The notes under the pieces: model-generated
What the model was told of the DNA's origin: nothing
Databases searched by the model: none
Seen by the model: only the letters and a program-made list of their open reading frames with translations
Source: Phoronis australis
Lineage: Eukaryota > Animalia > Phoronida
Direction of reading: 5' to 3'
Assembly (NCBI GenBank): GCA_002633005.1
Contig: NMRA01000161.1
Location: 311,049-375,048 of the forward strand
Length of the DNA: 64,000 nt
Program-made: the position numbers and the translations under genes
Shown: in pieces, positions 52,401 through 64,000 of the stretch
Layout of the letters: each line of letters begins with the position of its first letter
How positions within the stretch are numbered: position 1 is the first letter of the stretch

Positions 52401-52960
52401 AGGCCCTCACGTCTATCGATAGAGATAGTAATTCTACCAATAGAGTTAATAAGTCTATCGATGGAATTAGCAACGGAGAAAAAAAGTTGCCTTGCCGTCC
52501 TTTCGCATTTAACTTGGACGTTCAGCACGCAAACTCGTCATATCTAAAAACAACGTGTCAACAATATAAACCTACAGAAAATAAGAAACGCGTTCGTAAA
52601 TTTCAAAAACCGCTATTCCAGTAAACATGGGAATGAGGAAGTTCTTTCCCCTTTTTCTCTTTTTAGCAATCCTTCCCAGAGGCATTGAAAGTGTCTGTTT
52701 GCTTATTGACGCACCAGGTCACGTGTATTCCACTTATTGCGCCAAAAGTTTTCCCGTCATCACTGCTAGCTAGACTATTGAGGTATACCGACTGTATCAA
52801 GAGGTACAGGTATGTTGAGTTATACTTTAATCAGCAGAATGTCATTGAAGGTGAAACAAAATAACCTGTGCTATGCAGGACTTGCTTATGTTCTAAACTG
52901 TTAAAGAGTACGCAACTATATTTAAAAAAAGATATAATATCCCTCGCCCTTATTTTCAAT

Positions 52961-53191
52961 GGGCCTTCTTTCCAAGAAACTGAATTAAGTTCATTTTTGA
53001 CTTAAGATTAAGACTTGTCTTAACTTCCAATCTTTGAAACTTCCCAATTCGGTAAATAAGTCAAATTTAAGATAAAAATTATGTCAAGCACTTAAGTCAA
53101 ACTTAAGATCTCTTTCTTGAATTGCTTTTATCTTGAAAATTTAAAAAAGTAAGATTTGTCTTAGCTAAGTCAGTTTTGTTGGAACGGGCCC
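52961..53191. mobile_element. Degenerate Harbinger-like palindromic MITE with internal CTTAAG repeats
   Basis: GGGCCTTCTTTCCAAGAAACTGAATTAAG ... CTAAGTCAGTTTTGTTGGAACGGGCCC. Confidence 0.55.
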
Positions 53192-56100
53192 ATGAACTTT
53201 TGAGACTAAACATAATTGTTAAATGTGTGTATTAAGTGGGAATTTTTTGAGATTTTCTGTATATCTTGTGATACTAGACTTTATTTACGTCAATCACCTT
53301 TGATGTAAATGTATGCACCACTCAAAAAGTTTAAGTTTTCTGGCTTACAAGTCTGTAATTTCGAAGAAATCCAACTAAATAACAACACCTATACATGTAG
53401 ATTGACGTGCTAGGTGGGAAAGTTTAAATTGTTTGTCTTTTAAGTGTTCATCCTATGATAAAAGAACACAATTACAGTTATCAAAAGGTAGTCATAACAA
53501 AGTGTGCGGTTGAGGCTCGGAAGGTTCCCGGGTCTCAAAGTTAGATCACCGCTTTTGGTGGATCACAGTGGGAAAAAGACTAATTGAGCATGCACTGAAT
53601 ATCTTTTCCAGTGTGATCTAATTATGTTACGTAGGACCTTGTGGACAAGTGTGTGTATTTAGTCAAATATTTATAAAACAATACATTGTAAATGTTAACT
53701 CTGTAAAAAGATATGTTTTCTCAAAGCAATTTAAGATTGTAGAAGGTGATTTCGGATTTTATACTAAACAGCAGCTACTTGGGTAATGTGAAAACGTCTT
53801 TGCAGTAAAATAAACCAAAATGTATTTTGATCTTAAAAGAACGATATCTTTAATATAACCAATTTTCATTTGATAGAAGTATCCAAGTTAAAATCCAATA
53901 AAACGCTGCTAGAACGTTGTAACTTCTCATTAAGTTTGCGATCCGATTCATCCAGCAATTCCTTGTTTTGTAATTGAAGTCCTAATTTTGAAAAAAAATA
54001 AATTTTAAAGAATTTAAACAGATTCCGTAATAGCTGTGTGAACAACGTTAGCCAAATATGGACACTATTCAAGAGCCTTAAGACAGTCCAAAAGAGAAGT
54101 TTGCTTTTTTCTCACCATCAAATTTGGAAATAATAAAATCGGTCATTCAAAGACATAAACTATGTCCCAAAGCTTGTCAGACCTTGGTAGAAGTAAGCTG
54201 CCATCCATAAACATATAAAATATTTAGCGGAGTTGGTTAACCCACCCAAAATCGGGACGTTCATTTCAATGACAGGTGACAGTTAAGATCTGCGGGGAAC
54301 ACACGTATGCAGAGCATCTGACGGTAGAAACCAAATTGGCAAGGATCGCTTTAAGACACGTCAACATGTATAAGACTCGTAAAAGAGAATGAAATACACC
54401 TCTAACACGTTAAAGTATAAATCTTTCTTTGACCTTGATGAATACGAGTAAGATGGAATATTAAGAAAAATTATAACGATATGTTTTGGCTGCCGAACCA
54501 CACCCAATCAGAGACGAGTCCTGTTCAAGGGCCCGAAAACAAAAGAATAAAAGTGTTTAGTATTCCCAATTCCAAAGTACCACTCATGATACCTCAAACT
54601 TAATTACGCTACAGATTTTTAATCTGTTAGTAACATCCAGAAAATCCAGGCACAAAGAACACGGACAAAAACATAAAATTTGACCGTTTTCTCCCCAAAA
54701 TTACCATTTCTCTTCAACTACTAGCAAAAATCTTACTTCTTCTTCAGAATGCGCTTTCTGTTTAGACTCCAAAAATGTGGTCATAATACGCCTCTAACCA
54801 TCTAGTTTTTTGGCATTTTTCATTTGCTTGACAGCCACCTGACTTGAAAATCGCACCTGGTTTCTACAGCCACCAATTTGCATCAAAAATCGGTCACGGC
54901 TAAAAAATCGGCTTTTCCCATTCGAAAGCACAAGCAAATTAGTTTCCAGGATATTGTTTTCAACACATTCCTTAAGCTACTTGTCATACCTCACACAACC
55001 CCTGTACAATTTTTATATTCCAGGAAATGTCCCGTGGCCGTATCGCGACTGTTCAGTGCTACCTTTGCCTATCACTGACTAGCCAACAAATACACTGTAG
55101 CTTAAAGTAAACGTCACACTGGACCTCAGAATATGAATGCTGACTCACGCTAAAGGGGGAAGGACAGTCCCGCCACAGATAATGTTATCGCATTGGGGTA
55201 GCATTGGAAAATTTGTCGCTTACTCTGGTCAACGCTAAGATTCCCGTAGCTCAACCAACTTTTACACGGCGGCGCAGCACAGAAGAAAGGTTGAGGGCTA
55301 AAGCCCCCAGCCCCCCTGTGATGCACCGCCCATAGACCACGAGCGGCCCAGCACTGAAAAAAGTGGGGCTATAGCTCCCCCATCCTCTTTTGGTGCGCCG
55401 CCCATGTTTTATATTGCCTATTCAGCTCGCCCTCTGTATTGATGCAGATTTGTGCCAATGAAAAGGTAGTAGCTAGCACTACTGTCACAATGATGGCTGT
55501 TGCTGTTACACCCGAATTGGTTTTCTGTGGCATTCGCAGAGAGTTACAACCTGCAACCATGTAGAGAAGTTTTAACTTCGTACATTATAATACAAATTGG
55601 CTAAAATGTTAATATGTGTTCATATTGGCAAAGGGCCACTTCCCACAGGATCGATAGTTTAAACAATGTTTCAGATTGGTTTTGGTGACTCCATATTTAA
55701 TGCTCCTGTCGCGTTGCATATTTTTTCTTACCGGGAACAGGTTGATAACTTTTTATTTTTTTTATTTCAGTTGTAAACTTGGAGTACATGTACCAAAACA
55801 GTGGTAGATTTGCTTTTGTTCGTAAGCAAAACTTAATTAGTTTAGTTAGTTGTGAGCCCATCCCTGAACTTTCCAAAGTACAGCTACATGGACACTAAAC
55901 ATTCCACGTGTCATTTAAGTTTAATCTTTATTAGAACTCAAATCATAAAATACATATACAAAAGTGCAAATATGGTGATAGCAAAACTGAAGATTTTGAA
56001 TCTCTGGACAATTTCGATGGCACTGACTTTATAATTACTGCCGTGCTCTCTCTGATCCTGGTAACGAAAAAGTCGCTCAGACAGACGAGCGATGAAAATT

Positions 56101-56326
56101 CCCTCTTATCTTTAGAAATGCGTGACTTCCTTGTAAGCGTATAATCGCGGCGAAGCCACTCATTCAGCAGTCAAGGTCAGACTGCCTCGTGATCCATTGT
56201 GTGTTATTTTATGCGATTTTATTCAAAATATCTTGGTAAAAAAGAATGGGTTTCTTTTGTGAAATGAGACATGAGGGCATATTGACTGTAATGCTTTGTA
56301 TTCAAGGATCATCAAAAGTTGACTGA

Positions 56327-56393
56327 ATGGCAATGAGGTGGATTGGAACAAGTATTGTGCTGTTCGCAGGGATTTCATTGGCGACATGCCAGG
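56327..56393 (+). CDS. SRCR protein exon 1 (signal peptide)
   Basis: MAMRWIGTSIVLFAGISLATCQ with a phase-1 donor gtaagt, in frame with the SRCR exon at 61287. Confidence 0.75.
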
Positions 56394-59300
56394 GTAAGTG
56401 GTGCTTAAAATGAAACTGGAGCAAATCACGATACACGTAAATCCTTCAAAAAGCACAATTTGTTCTGCACATTAAGCAAAAACAAGTGGGTTACAAACCA
56501 GTAAATTTCTATACTCGATCCTTCCTTAATAACGATAACTGTGTTTCATGTGAAGCCAAAACCAAAAACTTGGATGGCTGTACACTTTTCGATTTTAAAA
56601 CATTAAACCTTAAATCGATAAATGGTATTTTGTAAAAGTAAAAAATGTGTATGTCCACCGCATGTATGTGAATTTAAGAGGGAGAAATGTGAACTTTCTA
56701 AACCAATGTATGACTTCAAAATCAAGACCTTATATCTCCCGCGACCAATGCTATTTGATAGTTGGAAATTGTAAGAATTGAACGTATTCAAGAATTCCTA
56801 TTTCAAATTTAGGTTGGACAAATACATCTACCGTGGACCAGTTGTCTTCGTCAACAATGACATGGAATGTTACATCGACTGCAAGATTTAATGGTAAATT
56901 CCATCAATTCTATATTTAGTTGTGGTGCATGGAATTCGCTTGTAAACATCAAAAAATTTAAATTAGTGTCCCATTACACGATGATGCTGTCTCTTCAAAG
57001 TCAAATATGTAGCTCCATGGATCTATTGATAAGCTAAGTTACAAAATTTTAAAGAGTGCGGTTGTTTCAAACACAATCCCAGTACCAAAATCAACTTAAA
57101 AAGGTCTAGAAAGAAATTAAATTTGGAATTTATCTGTGTGTGTCAACCCTGAAGTTAACGGTCTTATTTGACACTTGGAGAGAACATCAGAATGAACTTG
57201 TCTCACAAGTCACACCTCAATGAACGCAGAAGAGTTCAAGAAATTGTGAAATGGACGAGCGTCTGACACCTGAATACAACTTAAGCAACGTGTTTAAAAG
57301 CGCCCGTAGCATAGCTACCAGGTGCCATATTCAATAGTTGAAGACAATGTTACAAATATCTTGTCATTTCGTGTAGTGCTGGTATTTGCCACATTCACTC
57401 ATTTATTACAGGTACTAAAACTCAAGAACGTTAGCAATCTCACATTCGTATGTGTAGTCAAATGATTGTTGTTAGACACACAAAATTAGTATACTGTACA
57501 CGCGGCCGTCAAAGACATTGAAAACCGGGGTATTCAGTGGATGTTGTAGATATTTAATGCTTCTTTACGTCAATCTCAAAAGAGGATCTCAGCTCCTATT
57601 GTGTGGTAAAGAGCAATTATTGCCTTAGCGATATCTGAAAGGCATTTAAAAATACTGGCTGAAATAAATTGCATATAGATTATTTTTTAACGTGTCGCGA
57701 CTTAAAATGGAATTCCTCCACAGTTTTGAGTAGACGGTTGATTTGATTGTATGCATTCAGCGTGGTTGGTATTTGGGTTTGCCTCATGACAGCGGACAAA
57801 AGAACGAGCGTGGTGCATAAAGGAGAATGCCAACCAAAAACATATTCTGTATCAGTTTAGATCGAGTAGGTCCACGCGATAACAGACAGTTCAGCTCTTT
57901 TACCTGAGGCTTGACGGCAGACGGCGGTGCTAAAATTAACCAAAGACGGCACAGGTTCGAACGCAGTCTGTTCACAAGTTCACAACACGCTTATTGGTGT
58001 CATCTTATGGCTTGAATTCATCGTTTTACACCAATAAATCATCAAAATTCGATATAAAACCTGTCTTGAACTAACGTGTTATTTTAATTTACATAGGCGG
58101 CGCAGCATAGGGGGCTGGGGGTCTATATTCCTCTCTTTTTCAACGCTGTCCTGCACCACAGGGGGCTNTACGGATTTATTTGACCGCACCGTAGCATAAA
58201 AAGTTCGTTAGGTCAATTTACCAAGGACCGGTGGCGGGAAATTGGGTTCTTTTCAGTGATTATTTTGAATGTTTCTTCTGTGAAAACGGACAACAGAACA
58301 TAGGCGTCTGTTGTAATTTTAGACTTTCGATTTTTTCAGTTCTAAGCACACAACAAGGTTGTTATTCCGACCAGTGACTCGGAACCCGGATCCCATTAGG
58401 CAGACCCGCGTCGCAAAACGGCTGAAATAGAAATAATGAGCACGTGGTTATTTTGGTGACTAAGCCGCGAAACTGCAAATCTACTTACTTGTCGAAGGTC
58501 GCGCAGTCATATGTTCACCTTCCATAGAATCGTCAGGGCAAAAGTTGTACAATAACAATGATTCGAATAATGTACTGCATCTAATTAAAGATTCCCTAAC
58601 ATCTGACCATAGCATATAAAATCGAGTTACTGTTTCACAACAACTTTCTGTCAGCAAAAACTGAATTAACATGCGCTCACACGGCCTCGGTGCGCGGTCA
58701 TTTAATGTAACTTTATTGCATCTAAACCGGTAACGCAGTAATTTATTCATTGCTGGCTTCTCAAAAAATTGAATCCATGAACACTCCAAAGGATTTACAA
58801 ATTTTTATCTAATAAGACAGACTTTGATACTTCGGTTCAGATGTATATAAACTTAGTGCGGGGTTAGAGTGAGAGTAATTCATTTTGAAAGCGAACACAG
58901 AGTAATACATGGCAAAGAGACGTCTGCAGTATGATTCATGACTGAAACTGACTTACATGTAATACCTAAGGTCCTCATCTCAAAGGCCAACCTAGTTCAA
59001 AAATTTAAAATTATATCCAAATTAAGTAACACGTAACATGGAATAATGTTCATCTTCTTTTTGTTATCAAACTAAAAGTCTTCTTGTACCTCGGCCGAGA
59101 TTAGAAAACCACTCGTCATTTTCCGTGACCTGAGTTCGTTTATGATTCCTGAATGGCGGTCATTTTGTCCAAACGTATTGGTATCACCGTCAGCATAAAT
59201 GCGTTGATTTTGTTTGGTTCTTTATGATTCACATTTTGGTTCTTTTTGTACAAATTTAACTTTTTATAATCCAAATTTTACATTTTCTTTTCATGTGACG

Positions 59301-60347
59301 AACGGTATTTAATGCATAATCACAAGTAAGCGAAGTATGTCATATCTCCCGCAGACAAACCTTGGCCATTGAGGTGTGCCCTGACTCATCGCCAGTATAC
59401 GTCAAATTTTAACAACTGTGCCTGTTTAGACAATAGATTAGAGGAAAAAACTTTGTAGATCAGCAAATGTCTCTTTATCGCCATATCTTGAAACTGATAC
59501 AAAGTACCGGACTGGAGTGAGCAATTGACGTGTGACTACCCATACATGTACGTGTGAACGAGTTTCTGCGTACTTGGCAGAAAATTGGCACCGATTTTAG
59601 TGGCTGTTAAAAATGTTAACACAAAAAGCATCCATAAACTCTGATATTTCAACAAACAAAATCAAGTTTACCCCAACACCGTGAGCTCCACACCCCAATT
59701 GCAACAACACGCACCTGGGCTTGATTTTGCTGCCCGGACACAATAAATGTATGTAACCGGCAAAGATATTCTCCTGTAGTGGCCGCGACACTTTGCCGGG
59801 AAAATAATCACTTTCTTAATTGGCATTGATTTTCGATTATTACAGAAAATGTGTTTTAAAACGTGACAAAAACGTACACTACTATGTCTATAAACATAAA
59901 ACTCGGGTTATTGGAAACCTCCCCGATCCCCTCCAATCTCACAGTCCCACGACCCCTTCGACCCACGACCTGTGGCAATAGAAGTATTTTTGAATAGAGG
60001 TACGACAACGCTATGATTTTGTTTCAGGATCCATATTAGAACATTATCAGTTTGGCGGTTTTTATGCCTTGTGCATAGATAAAATAGTTTTCTTGACGTC
60101 GGTGGTGTCAATGGACTGCCGGAAATACTGCGACACTTTGAAATACTAGTGAAGTATAACCCCCAGAATTTGAACTGCCATGTGACTGGGAAAAGTTGAT
60201 GAACGTTATAAGGAGTGTAATTTTTCAAAGCAATTGCGTGATTTACATGTTCCTTGGGTTTTTCATGTAATGCCTCCTTTAAAACGGTTTTTGGCCACAT
60301 CAAGATTAAAACCGGACGATCGCCGCACAAATAAAAAAATTCATGTT

Positions 60348-60388
60348 CAATCTACGTTTCATCTATTCATTAGACATCATCAGGATCA
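60348..60388 (-). ncRNA. Minimal type I hammerhead ribozyme motif, Penelope-associated, probably decayed
   Basis: Minus strand: UGAUC-CUGAUGA-U-GUCUA-AUGAA-UAGAU-GAAA-CG-UA-GAUUG. Core boxes, stem II and stem I are present. Confidence 0.7.
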
Positions 60389-60478
60389 TATTTACAAAGG
60401 ACAGCAAGTCCCAACATACAGCTCATGTAACATCCATAAAGTGAAGTGAGAGATACAGGGAATATAGTCAGTACCTGG

Positions 60479-60697
60479 TCACCGCCATACATGTAGTTGC
60501 AGGATCACTGAGCTCTGTGTGTTATTCAGAGAATCAGTAGCATGCTGGTTCTGAATGGCCAATGACTCTTTAATGTACAGTAATTCGTTTAGGTTCTCTG
60601 CAGATACTACTAACTGGTGGTTGCTGTTAACACAATGCCTATATGTGTTGCTTTTCTCTGAGGTGTGATGTTCTTTCAGCCTGTTACAGAGGTGTCT
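60479..60697 (-). mobile_element. Penelope-like retroelement 3' remnant (C-terminal part of the GIY-YIG endonuclease)
   Basis: 72-codon frame RHLCNRLKEH...S...H...H...LYIKESLAI...LN...SVILQL matches the PLE GIY-YIG consensus (RHLxxRxKEH, IKESLxI, LN). Confidence 0.8.
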
Positions 60698-61039
60698 CTA
60701 TTTGAGTCATTTAAAACAATTTCTACCTATACATGTATTCTATGGGTCGAGTTGAAATGTTGAACTCTTGGCGTATTTTGAGGAAACAGACTTGGCTACA
60801 ATAAAATACAGCACCAAAAAGCCTGAACAGTAAAAGGCAAATTAGGTGGGTTGTCTTTGTCTGTACATTACCGGGTAGAATTATAGAATGATTCTGAATA
60901 CGCATTTGATAGCAATAAAATAACATACTGAAATGCATCTAAGTGTACTGTACTCTTTTGCGTCTCTCGGGATTCGATTATACACACATACTTCACCTCC
61001 TATAAGTGTTTCCTGATGTATTCTCTAATCCGACAAGGC

Positions 61040-61130
61040 GTGTGTGTTGTTGTTGTTGTTATTCTTGTTGTTGTTTATCTATTGTTTCCTTTGATTGTGC
61101 TATCGTCGTCGTGGTTGTTGTTGTTCTTGG
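61040..61130. repeat. Degenerate (TTG)n microsatellite
   Basis: Seen directly in the sequence. Confidence 0.8.
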
Positions 61131-61270
61131 CTTGTTTCGAACAAGAAATGAATAATTGACGAAATTTAATGAATATCACAACTCACTTCGTAATCTATTA
61201 CATGTAACAATAATGTTACATTTTTCAATGTACCAATTCCACAAGGGGCGCATCTGTCAAAGTTTTGTGA

Positions 61271-61582
<312 letters not shown>

Positions 61583-62067
61583 TAATCTGTTCGAGACAAA
61601 TTTGAGTTGTTTACTAAAATTTTCGTAATCACTATTGAAATAAATTTGAAAGATTTTTAAATTGTGAAATTCAAAAGGGTATTTTGCCCTAGTTAAGCTG
61701 TCACTTTTGATTTTTTAGCTGACTCGCTTTGAAGTATGAAATCATCCCGATTTCGATTGTTGCCGATTGAACTGGCAACTCAAGTCGCAGGCAATGCTTC
61801 CATGCGCCATTTTCCAATTACGTTCTTGGCCAGATCCAAAAAACTCGGGAGAGGTTACTTGAGGTGCTGAAGTTTTTTTTGTTTTTTCTTGTTGATTACA
61901 GAAATCGAGTAGTATCATGCTAAAGTCATTTTAAAGACAAATTTTATTTTTTACAATGCAAAGCCTTATTCGCATTGGTTTTTAGCCAGCCAAGTAGGAC
62001 GAAATGAAGTTTTCACTAAAAATGTGGAATTGTTGTATTAACTTTGATTTTGGACCAATTTTATTAG

Positions 62068-62246
62068 CGGTGCCTTGCAAGCAGTTCAAAATTCACTTTA
62101 CGGATATGGAAACGGACAGCACCGTATGGATGACGTGGCATGTACAGGCTCTGAAAGTTCCCTCGACAGATGTCCCCACAGTGGATGGAACAATGAAAAT
62201 TGTGGAAACCATGAGGCTGCTGGCGTCGTGTGTAACAACAGCTCAC
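62068..62246 (+). CDS. SRCR domain C-half exon
   Basis: GALQAVQNSLYGYGNGQHRMDDVACTGSESSLDRCPHSGWNNENCGNHEAAGVVC; phase 2/1; the gene continues downstream. Confidence 0.95.
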
Positions 62247-62483
62247 GTATGTTGTTTGTAATGATAAATAGATTTAACCAAACTTTTATATTCAGAAATG
62301 TAATTTTTGATATAACCGTCATCATTATTTCTGTATATCGGACTTCCTCATTGTCGACGCGGTTTCCAAAAAACATATTTTGTACATGTATAAACTCATC
62401 AAACCATGTAGCCGTGTACAACTGGGGTTGTTTTTACTGGCACTACACGTGGATTTGCCAAAAAGAGACGACTAGGACATTTT

Positions 62484-62585
62484 CGTAAAATGTAACAACT
62501 GTCTCATTTTACGTCATTTTACGCTGCTAAGCCTCTCCTAAAATGTAACAAGTTGTTATGCTTTACGTAGTTGTTACATTTTACG
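62484..62585. mobile_element. Short MITE-like element with a 17-bp perfect inverted repeat
   Basis: CGTAAAATGTAACAACT ... AGTTGTTACATTTTACG. Confidence 0.65.
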
Positions 62586-62989
62586 TCGAATGCACATGAG
62601 AGAAATGTACCATTGTTACAGTTTAGGAAACCAACGTCACATTAAGAACAAAATGACCAAAATCCCGAACAAAGTGGTATCTGACAGCCGGGTGGCACTC
62701 GAGTATTTTTGGACGAAGTGTGCCTCCCCAAAAAGTTTTAGTACATACGCGGTTAGAGTGTGGGCTTGCACAATCAATTCACCCATTTAGAAACTGATTT
62801 CGTGTAAAAATTCATATATTCGCATATTTCCGTTACAGAAATTCAGAAAAGCACCCTCTTAGATTATATTTTGTTGGAGAATATTTTTATTGTGAAAAAA
62901 ACATTTCGGGCGGCACTTATTGTATACCTCTTTCTATGGAAATACCTCAGGGCTAACGCAAGATGAAATCTGGCTACCCATTATCAGTT

Positions 62990-63180
62990 TTCTTACTATT
63001 ACACTTCTATTACTGCTACTTCCACTCCTACCTTTACTATTATTACTGCTATTACTACCATTAGTCCTTCCAGTACTATTACTCGTTACCGGTATTGCTA
63101 TTATTATCATTATAATTATCATTTTCATTATCATTCTTATTATCACTATCGTTATTATTATTTTTATGATAAATATTTTT
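62990..63180. repeat. Degenerate (TTA/CTA/TCA)n low-complexity tract
   Basis: Seen directly; it produces the poly-Leu/Ile ORFs. Confidence 0.9.
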
Positions 63181-64000
63181 GATTTTATTTAATGAGATTT
63201 ATGGCACTCTGACATAAATCCTATTATTTGGGCAAATACCATTATAGAGCCCTTCATGCTTCATATCCAACTGCTGGTTAGTTCCTACCAAGTCCGATGG
63301 TTGCGCTGTTTGTTCTTTCTCTCCAGCTTCCTGTTGGCCCAGCCTCAAGCAACAGTACATTCACTCGTAAGTTTTCCTAATTAGACAAGTTTATAACTAG
63401 TAGACTCCTTCCCGTTCGTCGTTAATTGTCCTGGACAAACGATACTTCCCTTATTTATTATTTGTAGCCACAGATGGCTTTTCTAACGGCCGATTTCTTT
63501 CGATTTTAATGATCCCTCAAACCCAAACCAATTCCTCGCCATTTCACCACTTCCCTGGGTATAAGTGGGATATCGTGTGACAAATCGCCGTCTGCTTTGG
63601 GGATGAGACCCGGCGGCGAGGTATAAAGGTTATCAACGGGGCTGGTAGGACAGGGGCTAGTCAACGCCGCGTAGCCCCTCGGTTGGCCGGTTGGGGGCTA
63701 GAATACTTCTCATCGCTTTCTGTACCATTTCGTCTGGCCAAATCCGGCCACTGATGTTGAGTTTAACCTCGTCAAAAATACATTCCACACTTAAAACTAT
63801 CACTTAAAAAGCGGTTCATTTCTTCATGGATCCATTTATTTTACTTCTATACATATCTTCGATGAAGCTTAGTTATGAGATTGGGGTGATTTTGCCGAAG
63901 AATTTCAACTCCACTTTTTTGGTTCCCGTTGACTTTTTCACCGCGCGCGCCATAACCGAAAGTATGTCCACTGAGTCACGCGCGTTAGGCAAAGGCTAGC

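Noticed and set aside
62920-63192. Hydrophobic poly-Leu/Ile ORF as a TM exon of the SRCR gene
   Set aside because: It is a translation of a trinucleotide low-complexity tract with no convincing splice boundaries.

Overview
This is eukaryotic genomic DNA: AT-rich, with GT-AG introns and many repeats. It most likely comes from a highly heterozygous marine invertebrate; the taxon is an inference. Five protein-coding loci can be rebuilt by hand. (1) TMEM256/DUF423, 3 exons, minus strand, sits head-to-head with (2) a C16orf87/UPF0547 homolog, 5 exons, plus strand. (3) An intronless ~251-aa ORF carries PRR18-like motifs. (4) A signal peptide-CUB-S/T-rich-ZP gene has 7 exons. (5) The 5' part of a secreted SRCR gene probably runs past the window end. 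Two ~2-kb tandem duplications each end exactly at a single-N scaffold join and look like uncollapsed alleles. Comparing these copies shows indels shaped like Tc1/mariner excision footprints (TA to TA-CATG-TA, and a stacked TA-CAG-TA-CATG-TA-CATG-TA), which may explain the strong TACATGTA enrichment across the window. A Penelope-like GIY-YIG remnant with a minimal hammerhead ribozyme motif lies in the SRCR intron. MITEs, tRNA-derived SINE heads, a ~150-bp satellite with trimeric higher-order structure and microsatellites are also present. There are no prokaryotic features or CRISPR arrays, and I cannot support a claim of a wholly new biological system.
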